From Paramoeba atlantica (lineage: Eukaryota > Protista > Discosea), in assembly GCA_977017575.1 (NCBI GenBank), contig CDRNVI010000027.1, forward strand, positions 62,001-126,000: DNA of 64,000 nt, read 5' to 3'. Shown piece by piece: positions 45,169-56,500 of the stretch. The notes beneath the pieces were generated by a model that had not been told where the DNA came from, made no database searches, and was given only the letters and a program-made list of their open reading frames with translations. Position 1 is the first letter of the stretch. Each line of letters starts with the position of its first letter. The translations under genes were made by a program, and so were the position numbers.

Positions 45169-48100
45169 TAACGATAAAGATACAGTTTCTGTACCTTGTT
45201 GAATTCTTTTCTTAATCTTTCTCACGTTCCATGGTTCTAACTCGCTCTAAAGCAAAACAGGAATCCAACTTTGATCGCGAAGCACAAGCTCGAGAGGGCG
45301 CGCACAAGCTCGGTTCATGGGACCAGTTTCAGGCAAACAAAGACCTGGTTAAAGGCGCTAGCACATACAAGGAAGAGCTGTACACGACACCACTTCCGCC
45401 GGATCCTTCATCAGAATTAGAACAACGGGCCGAAGACATTGCCCTCAGCATTACGAACTCCATCGAAGGCGTGACACCAGACACAGGGCGTCAGCAAACG
45501 AGCTCGGAAGAAGAATTATTTTCCAGCGTCCGTCCCACCGAGAATTCCGTTTTCCAGTTTTTTTTTTTTTTTTTTTTTTTTTGCTATTCACAAATGTCGC
45601 TTGCAACACTTATGACCACGGAGAGACGGGCGAGACGTGATCTCCTTTACCCCCCATTATCTTCCCTCTACCTTATATCCCATACCGTAAACTTATAATA
45701 GCTATATTAATTATACTTTTTTTTTTCTTCAAGTTTCCAATGTTTTTGTTTTTAATGTCAAATTCTAGAGGCCCATGTTTTGTGAATCGTCATTAGATAA
45801 AAAATTTCTCAGCTGAGAGAATATAATCGACCCATTTAACTCCTGCAGGCACAGAGAAAATTCGTTCAGTGTTCGGACCCTATCAAGTCCGCTGCAGTCC
45901 GCCAACGTATGCAACAAGTGCCGGAGCCCGTGATGCATAGCACCACCGGAGAGGACTGGGAGGCATACGAAACGCTCTTGAGGTATCATCCCGGAAGCCA
46001 CGTATGTGCTGTGCTTGCGCGTAATGGCCTCTCTCATCAGGGTACCGCTACGTTTCCGTGCATTAGTGGGCGCCAGCTCGTGAATTATTGTTAGGTCATA
46101 AAAGATTTCCCCAGTTGCCCAATGTATTACAATGTCAGGTCCTGACCGATGGAGGCTCGCATTTCTACAAACTTTTTGATGATCAGTTTTTCGCCATTGT
46201 GGGAACGATTCCCCGCATGTAGAGCATTTAAAAGAAGTAAACTGTCGAGGTTCCCTTTCGCATGGCACACCCGCCTTCATGCACAGTTCATAGATAATAC
46301 GCACCAGATTATTATGTTTCATTGTTGTATTATTTCCGGAACACTGGACGCATCCAGCTATGTGCGAAAAGGCTGATGAAGAATCCAGAAGGGTGCGACA
46401 TCCTGGGCATTGCAGACTTTCGGGAATACGAGGGTGGCTTAGACCAAGACGTGGCATCAAAGCTAATGTGAAGAATTTGGAAGGCACTAACTTTGCCGTC
46501 GAATGAAGCCACGCGGAGTTCCCTTTTTCACTTGCTGCTCTCAGCACTGGTGCAATTTTCGGGTCCTTACTCAACGATTCTTTCTCCAGTTCGAAGGGGC
46601 CGCTCCTTCTTCACTCAGCCAATCGAAATCTACAAACAAGGCTGTGAAGGAGAAATGCGAGCGCCACAACCGGGGGATAGCTCGTACCGAATACAATTAT
46701 GACGACGACAAATTAATTTTCCCCGACCTGACGCCTCAAGACCTCGACTTTTCGTTGAGCGGTGGAACCAAAGTAAGGAAAAAGAAAAAGCGCCCTAAAG
46801 GGATCTCACTTTCCCAGCTACATACCCAGTTATGCACCGAGTCTGGGGGCGACAGTGATGACCGTGACTCCACAGATGCGTCAACAAGTGTTCACAGCTC
46901 TCCGGCTGAATCACCCCTGAAGAAGTTAACCCCGAAAACGGCTGTAGGCAAACGTAAACGTCCCCAGCAGGTGTCGAAAACTACCTCCCCTGACGCCCCC
47001 AAAGCTGAAACAATGAACAATGCCCCCGAACCGACCCCAACCCAAAACTGTGCGATAGAAAAAACACACACCACGCATGAAAATACGCGAAAATGTCCCT
47101 TCGAGGGATGTACTTGGAAAACAGGGCCCCACGGGGGCCAATGGCAGGCATTCCACAACCACGTAGCAAACAGACACGGTGATGAGGTCCCAGACGAGTG
47201 GTGGAAAGACGAAGGACGTTTTAGGTGTCATGATTGCAATAAACATTATGATCAAGGCAAACGGGAAACCCACGACAAGATCTGCATGTTCCGCCATTCC
47301 TCTCCTCAAAGCCGTCCGTCGCCCTCGACGAGCAGTGCCGATCCTGTTCTAAGCCCCAATGTGGACTCGAATGCTCTGCCTGCCCTTAACTCACCTTCCA
47401 CACCCTCTCATCAAAGCGTAGTAAGCGAAAACGTGAAAGTCTCCGACACACCCCTTCCGAGTTTATCCTCTATCAGTGCGCTACTTATTAACACTTGCAA
47501 GGACATCCCCAACAGTTGCCGACAAGAATGGGCTAAAACACTCTGCGGTTGCTTATCCACAGCAGCGAGAGAGAACACGCTCGAGGCATGGACACTCCTC
47601 GCCATGCTGCCCAAATGCGTCCTACCCGCCCCTCATCGCGGAGGTAACCGCGCAAAAGCCTCTTACGCCTCCCATGTAAAGAAGTGCCTCGCGAGATGGT
47701 CCAACAAAGATTTCCTGGCGCTTTGGAAAGAAGCTGTCTCGAGTGTATCACGCAAAAAGAAAAATGTACCACAAGCGCTTACCATAGACGAAGAAGTAAA
47801 GAAAGCGGCTTTACGGGCAGAACGGCTTGTCCGCGACGCGGAGCTCTCCCGCGCCATGACAGCATTAACTTCGGAACCACTTGCCCCTGACGACGACGCC
47901 ACCTACTCGAAGCTCCAGGCAAAGCATCCTCAGAGACTTGACAGCACTTTCAACGTGGCAAGCCCTTCAGCGCCGGAAGCAAAACCGCTTGAAGCAACGG
48001 AAGACGAAGTAGCCGAGGCCCTAGCGACTTTCCACCGAGGGTCCTCGGGAGGGGCCTTCGGTATGCGGCCGGAGCACGTTCAGGCCGCGATGCAGTACCA

Positions 48101-50509
48101 TCACGACGCGTACACCGATCCTCTGGGCACGCTTACGAAGTTTACCAATCACTTGCTCGCAGGAAAAGCACCGTTGGAAGTCAAAGATTATTTTGCGGGT
48201 GGTCGGTTATGCGCCCTGAAAAAGGGTGAACACGATGTTCGTCCAATTGCTGCCGGAGAGACCCTTCGCCGCTTGGCAAGCAAAGTTGCCTGCCTCTCCG
48301 CAAAATTCAAGGCCCGAAAACTCTTCAGAGGGCACCAGTACGGCGTAGCCACACCTGCTGGAGCCGAGCGCATCATCCACCTCTGTCGGAAGACCTTCGC
48401 CGAACATATTGAGGATGACGACTTCCTGCTATGCAAAGTCGACCTCAAAAACGCTTTCAATAACGTCTCACGGGATTTCTTTGTGGCCCTAACACGCCAG
48501 CATTTCCCTGAGCTGGGTGCGTACGTGGAGTGGTGTTACAACACTCAAAGCATTCTGACCTTTGGCTCACGCTTTATCGAATCATCTGAAGGGGTGCAAC
48601 AAGGCGACCCCCTGGGCCCTCTGCTCTTTTCGCTTGTGATGAAAGAAGTTTCCCTACAAATCCACACTGCCGCTCCGAAACTCGCTTTAAACCTGTGGTA
48701 CTTAGACGACGGGATACTTGCCGGTCCATCCTGCGACGTTCGGCACGCACTAGACGTGATCGCGATGTCCGGCCCGAAATGGGGATTGCATATCAACGTG
48801 GCCAAGTGCGAGATCGCAACACACCCAGCTTCCTCCCATCGTTGCTCACTTTTCCCTGACATCCCCGGTCTGAACACGAATTCGGCAGGAAATTTTCATA
48901 TTTTGGGGAGTCCAATTGGTTCGACAGAATTTTGCCGCGAATTCTTTCTCAAGAACACAATCGACATGGCAGAGGCCTCTCTCGAGGCCATAGCTACACT
49001 TGAAGATCCCCAGGTGGCCCTTTCCCTCATACGCCACTGTACTGGTTTCTGTAAAATGGTTTACTCGCTCAGGACTACCCCGACAACGGAACTTCAAGAT
49101 ATCTGCCAACGCTTAGATGGTGCCGTCCAGCGCACTATTGAACACTTCTTCCGTCCTTTGAGTGATGGGGCGCGACGCCAGGCGCAACGCGAAAAGCGGT
49201 ACGGGGGGTTGGGCCTTCGGTCGGCGGGGGAACATTCGAGTGCGGCTTACGTTGCCTCCGTAGCTTTCTCAACGGACAAAGACCGTTGGGACCCAGCGGA
49301 CGCTGAGGGCTTTGACCATGCCGTGCGGGAGGTGAACAGGCGTGCCGGAAAGACGGTGGTCCAACAAGGCGGCAAAATTCCGAAAAGTATGGCTTTGGCG
49401 ACTGATTCTCCGTATACCGACGCGCAGGAATCCGGAACAGAACTGGTGATTCCCCGACAACGCGACCTTAGCCACGCCATCGCCAACCAGGAATTTCACG
49501 AGGCATTTGCGAAAGCTGACCTTCGCACACGGGCCAGATGGATATCAGAAACAGGAGAAGGAGCCTCAGAATGGGCTTTTGTGATCCCCTCCAAGAAAAC
49601 CGGTCTGGCTTTCACACCGACGGAGTTTCGCACCCTCACGCGCTGGTGGCTAGGGGACCCAATCTATCCAGCGTCCCGGCCTTGTCCTATGGAAAAATGC
49701 ACGCTACCGCTAGATCCCGAGGGTGACCACGCTCTGGGGTGCAAAAGCGGGCATGGTATAATCGCACGCCACAACGCACTAGCGGCACAGTTTACTTCTG
49801 AATGTAAAAAGGCCGGTTTCACCCCGCGGAGAGAAGTGAGTCTGGGCAACAAGGGTCCTGGGGGCGCCCTCACCAGGCCCGGAGACGTGTTCATCCCTAC
49901 AATCGGGCTAGGCCAGTCTCTTGTATTAGACTTCGCCGTCACTCATGTTCAGCAACCAAAGTATACGGACTTAGTCCGTGATGCTAACTGGGTGACGGCG
50001 GGGTCTTTTGCGGAACGATACGCCACCGAAAACAAAAAGAAGCAAAGAGAGGAAGCAGAGTTCGCACGCCATCGATTTGGAGCGATGGTCGTGGAATCTT
50101 ATGGAGCGTGGAGTCCAAGCGCCTTTGCGATCCTCAAGGAGGTTTCCGTCTCTCGTGCGGCATACTCCGGGGGTACCCTTTCGAACGGGGAAGTCTTACA
50201 CCAATTGGTGACGTCACTTAACATCACTCTGATGCGGACACAGGCTCGGATGCTGGTACTCCGACTTCCCGCGGCGGTCCCTGACACGGCCCTCCTTGGA
50301 TATGGGAACGATGAGTAATTCGGTCCCCCCCAATCATTTAACAGCCGCAGGGGGGGGAGGGTGTTTCTCTGCGAAAGGGGGGGGGCAAGGGGGGGTACCA
50401 AGTCACTAACCGACGTGCCGTCACGGGTCTTAGTTTTGGTGCGGGAGTGATTTGATTAGGGGTGGATTTCGGGTAGAATTGTTTGCTAGTTTTTAGTCAA
50501 AAAAAAAAA
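45169..50509 (+). mobile_element. Full-length SL-headed family A element with N-terminal LsmAD; reconstructed ORF 45231-45559 + 46592-50318 (1351 aa)
   Basis: Full SL 45169-45201. Removing 45560-46591 joins ENSVFQF to EGAAPSS in frame. C2H2 fingers, GVQQGDPLGP, WYLDDG, RPGD. Confidence 0.9.
45560..46584 (-). mobile_element. 5'-truncated family B 3' end inserted in the LsmAD element
   Basis: Poly(A) (T-run from 45558); TSD TCCAGTT at 45553-45559 and 46585-46591; ORF 45765..46574 encodes knuckle plus RLE. Confidence 0.92.
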
Positions 50510-50723
50510 GTTAAATTTTCAAATTGCTAATTTGATTGCTTGTTTTCAACTCGTATACCTCCACCAATGGACCTACTTGGTTCGTCTACTGGGTCAAAAA
50601 AAAAAAAGTAGGGAGAAAGGTGGGAAAAGTATGTCAAGAGGTGAGAAAGAGGAGAAAGAGAGAGAAAAATTTTCTTTATTTGCATAAAAACAATATAAAA
50701 TTGCTAATTTGATTGCTTGTATA

Positions 50724-51083
50724 AAAAAAAATGTAGCAGTGAATATCGAGAAGCACGGGCACGGTGAGCGATATGGAATTTCCTTATGATTTATTTTGGC
50801 GGAGTAGGCACCGATGAAATACATCAACGTGCGATTGGGTTGTAAATGGAAGTAGGACGAGCGAATGGGTGGTCCCCGCGTCACCCGTTCGCAAGCTGGG
50901 AGAGGACAGAAGTGTTGTGGGATTATTTAATTTTGTTATGTTATGACCGGTCATACAGTATTCATATGAATTTTGAATGTGCATAGAATTGAACGTATCA
51001 AATATCAGATAGAAGAGGGGAATGAAGATATTGTTTTGCTTAGTGCTTTCTTTCTTTCTTATAATATTTATGATGCACAATTC
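50724..51083 (+). repeat. Right-end fragment of YR subfamily 1 (3' UTR plus one B repeat 50873-51083)
   Basis: Matches 31890-32250 with a few substitutions; ends GCACAATTC followed by unrelated sequence. Confidence 0.9.
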
Positions 51084-51305
51084 GACAGAGTCTATACTCA
51101 CGCCTAGCCCGCGAGGGCTAGGTACCCCAAGTGAGGTAGTACACGGGCAGTGAATCTCCTCCCCGTCGGCCAGCATCCTGTTTCGCGACCGTGTCGCTGT
51201 CGACACAGGCCCGCGCCTGCGCCCTCCCGTATAGCAAGGGAAGGGTTCACAAGTCAGGCCGTGGAGAGGTCGAAAGACCCGGTCCGGAACGCGCGAATGG
51301 ATTGT

Positions 51306-53440
51306 AATAGTTCACGTTTTGAAATTTAGCCGAGGGGCGGCTATATATTTGCCTGCTTGCCCTTCGGGGCACATAATTTTTAAAAGTCTTGGAAATGTAA
51401 TTGGGCCTTTGTACTAGTGTCAGGAATTAAGGAAAATATGAAGGACTTATTCGTGAACTACGGCATGATATTATTTGCAAAATTAGACAGACTTTTCTTA
51501 TTTGTATTTCGCACGAATAAAAGGGCGAGCCCCGTCGTAAGTAACAGCAAGTAAAGAGCTAGCAAGTACATAAGATAAATATTTAGATGCACTTTTGCGA
51601 CCATACAAAATTACGTTCTACTACTAGAATAAGCCGAATGGTAAACCGCGACGGAATATTAGACGATACACACATAATAGATGACAACAATACAGCTACT
51701 AAGTTGTTTATTAAACAACTTATAAAATTATATATATATACCTATTAAACAATATAACTGATATTCAAATATCAGTGTCTTTTTGTGTTGTTATTAAACA
51801 ATGGATTAATTAATATGTGTTACCCAGAGACGGCTTGTCAAGGAGGATTCAACGTGTTGTCAAGGCCCAATTACTCAAATTATGATGTAGTATTCTCTAA
51901 TTGCATGGAGGGGGGTGTTTACTCGTTTGTTATATTCTTGTTAGGTTGTTATTTTGTTACGTTTAAAGTTTTGTGTATGAGATCCCAACGTTTACGGGCT
52001 CCGTCGGAGCCACGCCAGGAGCGCGATAGATCACCGAAGCGGAATAGGGCGCCGACACCCATTCAGACCTCCTCCGTCCAAGACCATTCTAAGCGTCAGT
52101 CCCTTTCGTGCCCTCCCGTGCGCCCCCCTCTCCCCCCTCTCCCCACGCAGCCGGCTCCGCAGGTATCCGCGCGACCTCCTCCGATTCCCCCTACTCCTGT
52201 CCCAGCGCGCCGAAAGGTACGCCCTTCTGGTAGACCACTCAGCCCCGCCCGCGAACCGCCTAGCCCTCTCCCTTCCAACCTTCCCAGTTTGCCTGCGAGC
52301 TCCCTCCCTAGCCCGTACCCTTTTCCGCTGGAGGCTCCCGAGCCCCATATGCGACGAAGAGGAACCCTTAACCCCGACCAGGTTGAGGCTTCTCGCTCGC
52401 CGCGCCGTTACGAGGCCCTTGACATTGACCACGTCGAGTTGCCGCAGCGTTCACGCTGTGATGCGCGTGGGATCATGACACAACCCAGCAAAGAAGAGTT
52501 CATCACGAAAGTGATTGAGCTTCTGCGCAAGGACTACGAGGTCACCGTCGAGGCTGTATGGTCCCTTCCACGTGACGGCCTACGGCAGACGGTTATAGGG
52601 TTGGTGCATATGACGCATCCAAAGGACCCTAACTCAACTGAGTTGTTCGCCGAGTGGGATGGGGACAAGAACACTGCCTATCGTTTTCCCCATCCCGAGA
52701 TCAACTACCACTCTTTGGAACTGGCCCATGTTCGGGCGCAGATGCCGGGTGGGAAACCAGTTGAAGATCTGATCCCCACGTTTGAACGCGTCCGTATTAC
52801 GGACCCGAAAGGCTTCTCCCCCTACGATCCGGTTACTTGGCAACAGTGGATCGACACGGATGATTTGTTCAAGCCACGTGAACTCGTCCGTGAGCTGCGC
52901 GAAGCTCCGCAGCTTGGGGTACGCTTCAACCCTCCGCCGCAGCGTGAGCGCCTGTTCAAGATGTTAACTGAATGGGTGTACGCTGCGTGCAATACGGAGG
53001 GATGGCTAGAGAAGCACAACCTCGCCGTAGCCCTTCTCATCATCGAAGAGCTTCGCAACCATTATTGGGCTGCGGCGGGCGTTGCTGTCGAGCGTGTGCA
53101 ACAGCGGTTGCACCGTGACGACGACCCTCAGGACCGCTACGGTCAGCTTGTGGTTGACGAGCAACTGAGGGGCCGGACTGCGCAGCGTGCTCCTCGTCAA
53201 CGCAGCCAAGGACCTTTCTGTTTTGGCTGCCATCAGCCAGGCCACCTCCGATCGAACTGCCCCCAAGCGTCCCAACAGCAGGGGGGGCAGTTCCGTACCA
53301 CACGCGCCCCGCAACAGGATTTTCGCGGCGGGGTGGTGGGCGGCGCCAACCGTTACGGCGCAACACGGGCTTTCCACTAGGAAATGCCCCCCACCCCAAT
53401 TACTGCCCGTGCAGTACTGCTCGCGCGACCCCCGCTAAAT
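51306..53440 (+). mobile_element. Truncated YR element, subfamily 3 (A repeat with an insert of about 500 bp, gag, stub of next ORF)
   Basis: A-type repeat ending AAAGTT just before the gag ATG, as in subfamily 1. Confidence 0.75.
51977..53380 (+). CDS. Gag-like protein (467 aa), paralogue of 28000..29127
   Basis: Shared motifs FPHP, PY(D/E)P.T...W, RELVRELREAP..G, CFGCHQPGHLRSNC. Confidence 0.85.
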   Translation: MRSQRLRAPSEPRQERDRSPKRNRAPTPIQTSSVQDHSKRQSLSCPPVRPPLPPLPTQPAPQVSARPPPIPPTPVPARRKVRPSGRPLSPAREPPSPLPSNLPSLPASSLPSPYPFPLEAPEPHMRRRGTLNPDQVEASRSPRRYEALDIDHVELPQRSRCDARGIMTQPSKEEFITKVIELLRKDYEVTVEAVWSLPRDGLRQTVIGLVHMTHPKDPNSTELFAEWDGDKNTAYRFPHPEINYHSLELAHVRAQMPGGKPVEDLIPTFERVRITDPKGFSPYDPVTWQQWIDTDDLFKPRELVRELREAPQLGVRFNPPPQRERLFKMLTEWVYAACNTEGWLEKHNLAVALLIIEELRNHYWAAAGVAVERVQQRLHRDDDPQDRYGQLVVDEQLRGRTAQRAPRQRSQGPFCFGCHQPGHLRSNCPQASQQQGGQFRTTRAPQQDFRGGVVGGANRYGATRAFH

Positions 53441-53527
53441 AGATTTTTTTTTTTTTACCTCATGAGAAAGTTTTCAAGTTGAAAGAGCTCCATCCTACAT
53501 TTTTTTTTTTTTTCTCAAATGTGAGAC

Positions 53528-56500
53528 ATGTTCACCTTCCCCCCTTCTCTCAATTTTCAAAGAGAAACTATCCCGAAAATGAAATCTATATAATTTTATA
53601 TAATTTTATAAGCTGACTCAGCTTATAGTGATATTGTGTTTAGAACTTATATACTATATTCTTGAGTTTGCGTGCAGCCGTCTAAGTATTTCTTTAGCTG
53701 CGCATAAATCCCTAATCCATTAAGCTCCTGAATCGTCAGCTTCATTTCGAGTTCGACCTGTTTCCTGTTTAGCATGGCCGCGTCTGCTAGCGAGTGTACC
53801 AAGTTCTGCGTATTGCGGTGCAAAGCGCCTCCTGCCAGTACGGGTAAACATTGAAATGAGTCTTCACGAATTAAGTTCGTACGTACATATGTGTTGGACT
53901 TTCGCTGCAGCGCGTCATTCATGAGCTGTGCATTTCTTTCCACGATTAGACATTGAGAGTTCGTGAATAACTGTCAGATCATAGAAGACCGCACCCGTGT
54001 TCCAATAGATCACGAGATCGGGGCCAGACCGACAAAGTTTTTTTCCTGCACAAGTCTTCTGATGTACCAACTGGTTTTCCGGACTGATTGTGGATCGGCA
54101 AGCGATGCACTTCCACGTAGAAAAGTTTCTAGGTTCCGTTTCACATGGGATGCCTGCTTTCACGCATAGACGATGTAAAAATCCGACAAGTGAGTTATGT
54201 TTCACGGTCGTATTTATACCTGAACATTGAGCACAGCCTGGGATATGGGTGAGGGCGTTTCGGTTATTGAGGAGAATACTGCACCCTGGACACAATAGAC
54301 TGGTAGGTAGATCTGGGTGTTGGGCATTTAGTCGTGGCATAATCGCGAGTTTGAAGAGATGGGAAGGGATGTACTTCGCGTTGGAAAGGATCCAGTCGCT
54401 GTTTCCTTTGAAGGATGTGGCTTGTAGAATGGGCTTAATGTCGGGATCCGTTTGCAACTCTTTCAATACTTCGACATGATGGATGCAGGTGGAAGCTTTT
54501 TCGTCCACTGGTATGACTTTCATTGTCGAGTTCTTAGGAATAGACGGGTGTGATGGCACCGCGTTGTCGATCCGAGCTGAAAAAGAGTTTCGGCGCTCAA
54601 GAACCGAGTAGCGGGATGCCACATATGCCGTCTCCCTAAGGGGACTGCTCGCTGTCAAACCCATTCCTCCCTTCTTAACGGGTAATCGTACAATTTTCAT
54701 TTGATCGGGAGAGAGTGGACCAATCCAAGACTCTACCACATTTTCAACCTCTTGATCAAATTGTGATGATGCTTTCTCTGTTGTTTCGGGCGGGTGGACA
54801 CGAATCAGGTATTGTTGACGAACATTGGCACATTTTGCTAAAAGAATCATCGATATATTATTGATGCCCATTCGTTTTAGCCGCCGAAAAGCTGTGACCT
54901 GCTTCTCTAGTTGACGCAAAAGTCGTTCACTTATTGTGTTGTTTTCTCCAATATACGCTCCGAGTACTTTGACCGCTTCGTCCTCCGACTTTACACCTTG
55001 GGTGCTCAGCGAATTCGGTATGGAATTTCCGGATTTTCCTCTGAACCAAACGCATTTTGCCTCGGCTAGTTTCACCTGTTTTTCTTCTAGGAGACCTTTG
55101 AGCCTAAAGAATGCTTTCTCCAGTTCGGTTGAATCTCGAGACACTAACGTTATATCGTCAATGTATGCATTTATTTCAATACCTGGAAATTCGGAGGCCA
55201 GTGTCTCGAGTATTGGTTGACAGAATACGCAAAAGTAAAGACTAGCCAGAGCAGACCCTTGCCGTACACCTGCTGAGCTCATTATAATGTCCGTCAGGCT
55301 GCCATCGGAGCCATAAAATAAAAGTTCGGAAGCATTTGAATATTCGGCCGCAAAGAACCTTTGAAAGGGTTTCAGTGTAGCGAAAGCAAAAACGCACTTT
55401 GCAATTTCCTCTCGTGAGGGTGAGTTGAATGCATTTTGCATATCCACAGTCAGGATTGAGTGTCCGTCAAGCCAGCGGTCCCGCAACTTGTGTACGATTC
55501 GTTCGCACCCCGCTTGAGAGAATACGCCTTGTTGCATTGGTGCAAAGAGGGGTTCCAGTGACTTTTCGTATCTTTGCAGCAGAATTATTCCAGCTAATTT
55601 GCTAAATATTTCTCCAATGGCTACTGGGCGTACTCCCCCGTTGGGCTTGTCGATGGCTACGAGTCTTGCCCGATTTAGACGCTGTAGAACTTGTCTAGAT
55701 AGGAATCCGTTGATCAGATCGCTCATCATGTGACAAAGACTATTGCAACATGGCTCGTCGTCTATGAGAAGTCTAACGATGCTGTCGGTCGTACCTGTAG
55801 GCCCAGGGCTCACACCTTTTGCCAGTCGTCTACTTGCACATCTTAGTTCTTGTACGGCTATTCCTGCGATAATCGGTGCATCTTCCGGAACTTTGAAATT
55901 GCAGTTTTGTTCTGGATGAAGTGCACGTAGTTTTTGGACTTTTTCTTGATCAGTCAACGTGCTCTTCTGAAAAGAACAGTCCAAAATCCTTGAAGCCTTC
56001 GATGTACAGTTTTCTAGCACCAAACGAGTGGCCCGTTTGATTGCTCGCTTGTCCTCATGAAAAAACTCGTCTTCTGGTTGATTGTGTTCAACTGTCTCTT
56101 GTTGTATGGGTCTTCGCCGCCGTTGTCTACTATTGGCTTGACGCACGGAAGCTAATGAAAGTTTCATTGCAGACAAAACTTTATTCCAAATTTGATTTCT
56201 TTGTACGTAGTCGCTTTCTGCATAGATGGCATGATGTCCCTGTATATGGCAATCACACTGGAGATAAAATCAGGACTAATGGTTTTCGCGGTTGGAATTG
56301 GGAGATGGTCTACGTCTTCAGCTCCTGTGTCCAGCTTAAGCGCTCTGGCCTTTTTAACATGTGTTTCTTCGCGGGTCTCAATAGGAAGGTCGACTTACTT
56401 TGAATTTGAAGATACGATACCAAAAAGAAAAAAAAAATGTAGCAGTGAATATCGAGAAGCACGGGCACGGTGAGCGATACGGAATTTCCTTATGATTTAT

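Larger units (their letters stand above)
40847..47136. repeat. 6.3-kb direct duplication, copy 1
   Basis: ORF track repeats at offset 12691 then 12689 (41224..43485 vs 53915..56176, etc.), with a few substitutions. Confidence 0.95.

Noticed and set aside
46503-46591. Annotated start MKPRGVP of the 1271-aa ORF (also 9122, 63860, 51785)
   Set aside because: These extensions read through inserted elements, SLs or terminal repeats. Supported starts are 45231, 9014, 63806 and 51977.
51140-51303. HDV-like ribozyme suggested by TCCCCGTC and the terminal GCGAATGG
   Set aside because: I could not assign P1 or P1.1 partners; kept only as an unexplained structured island.
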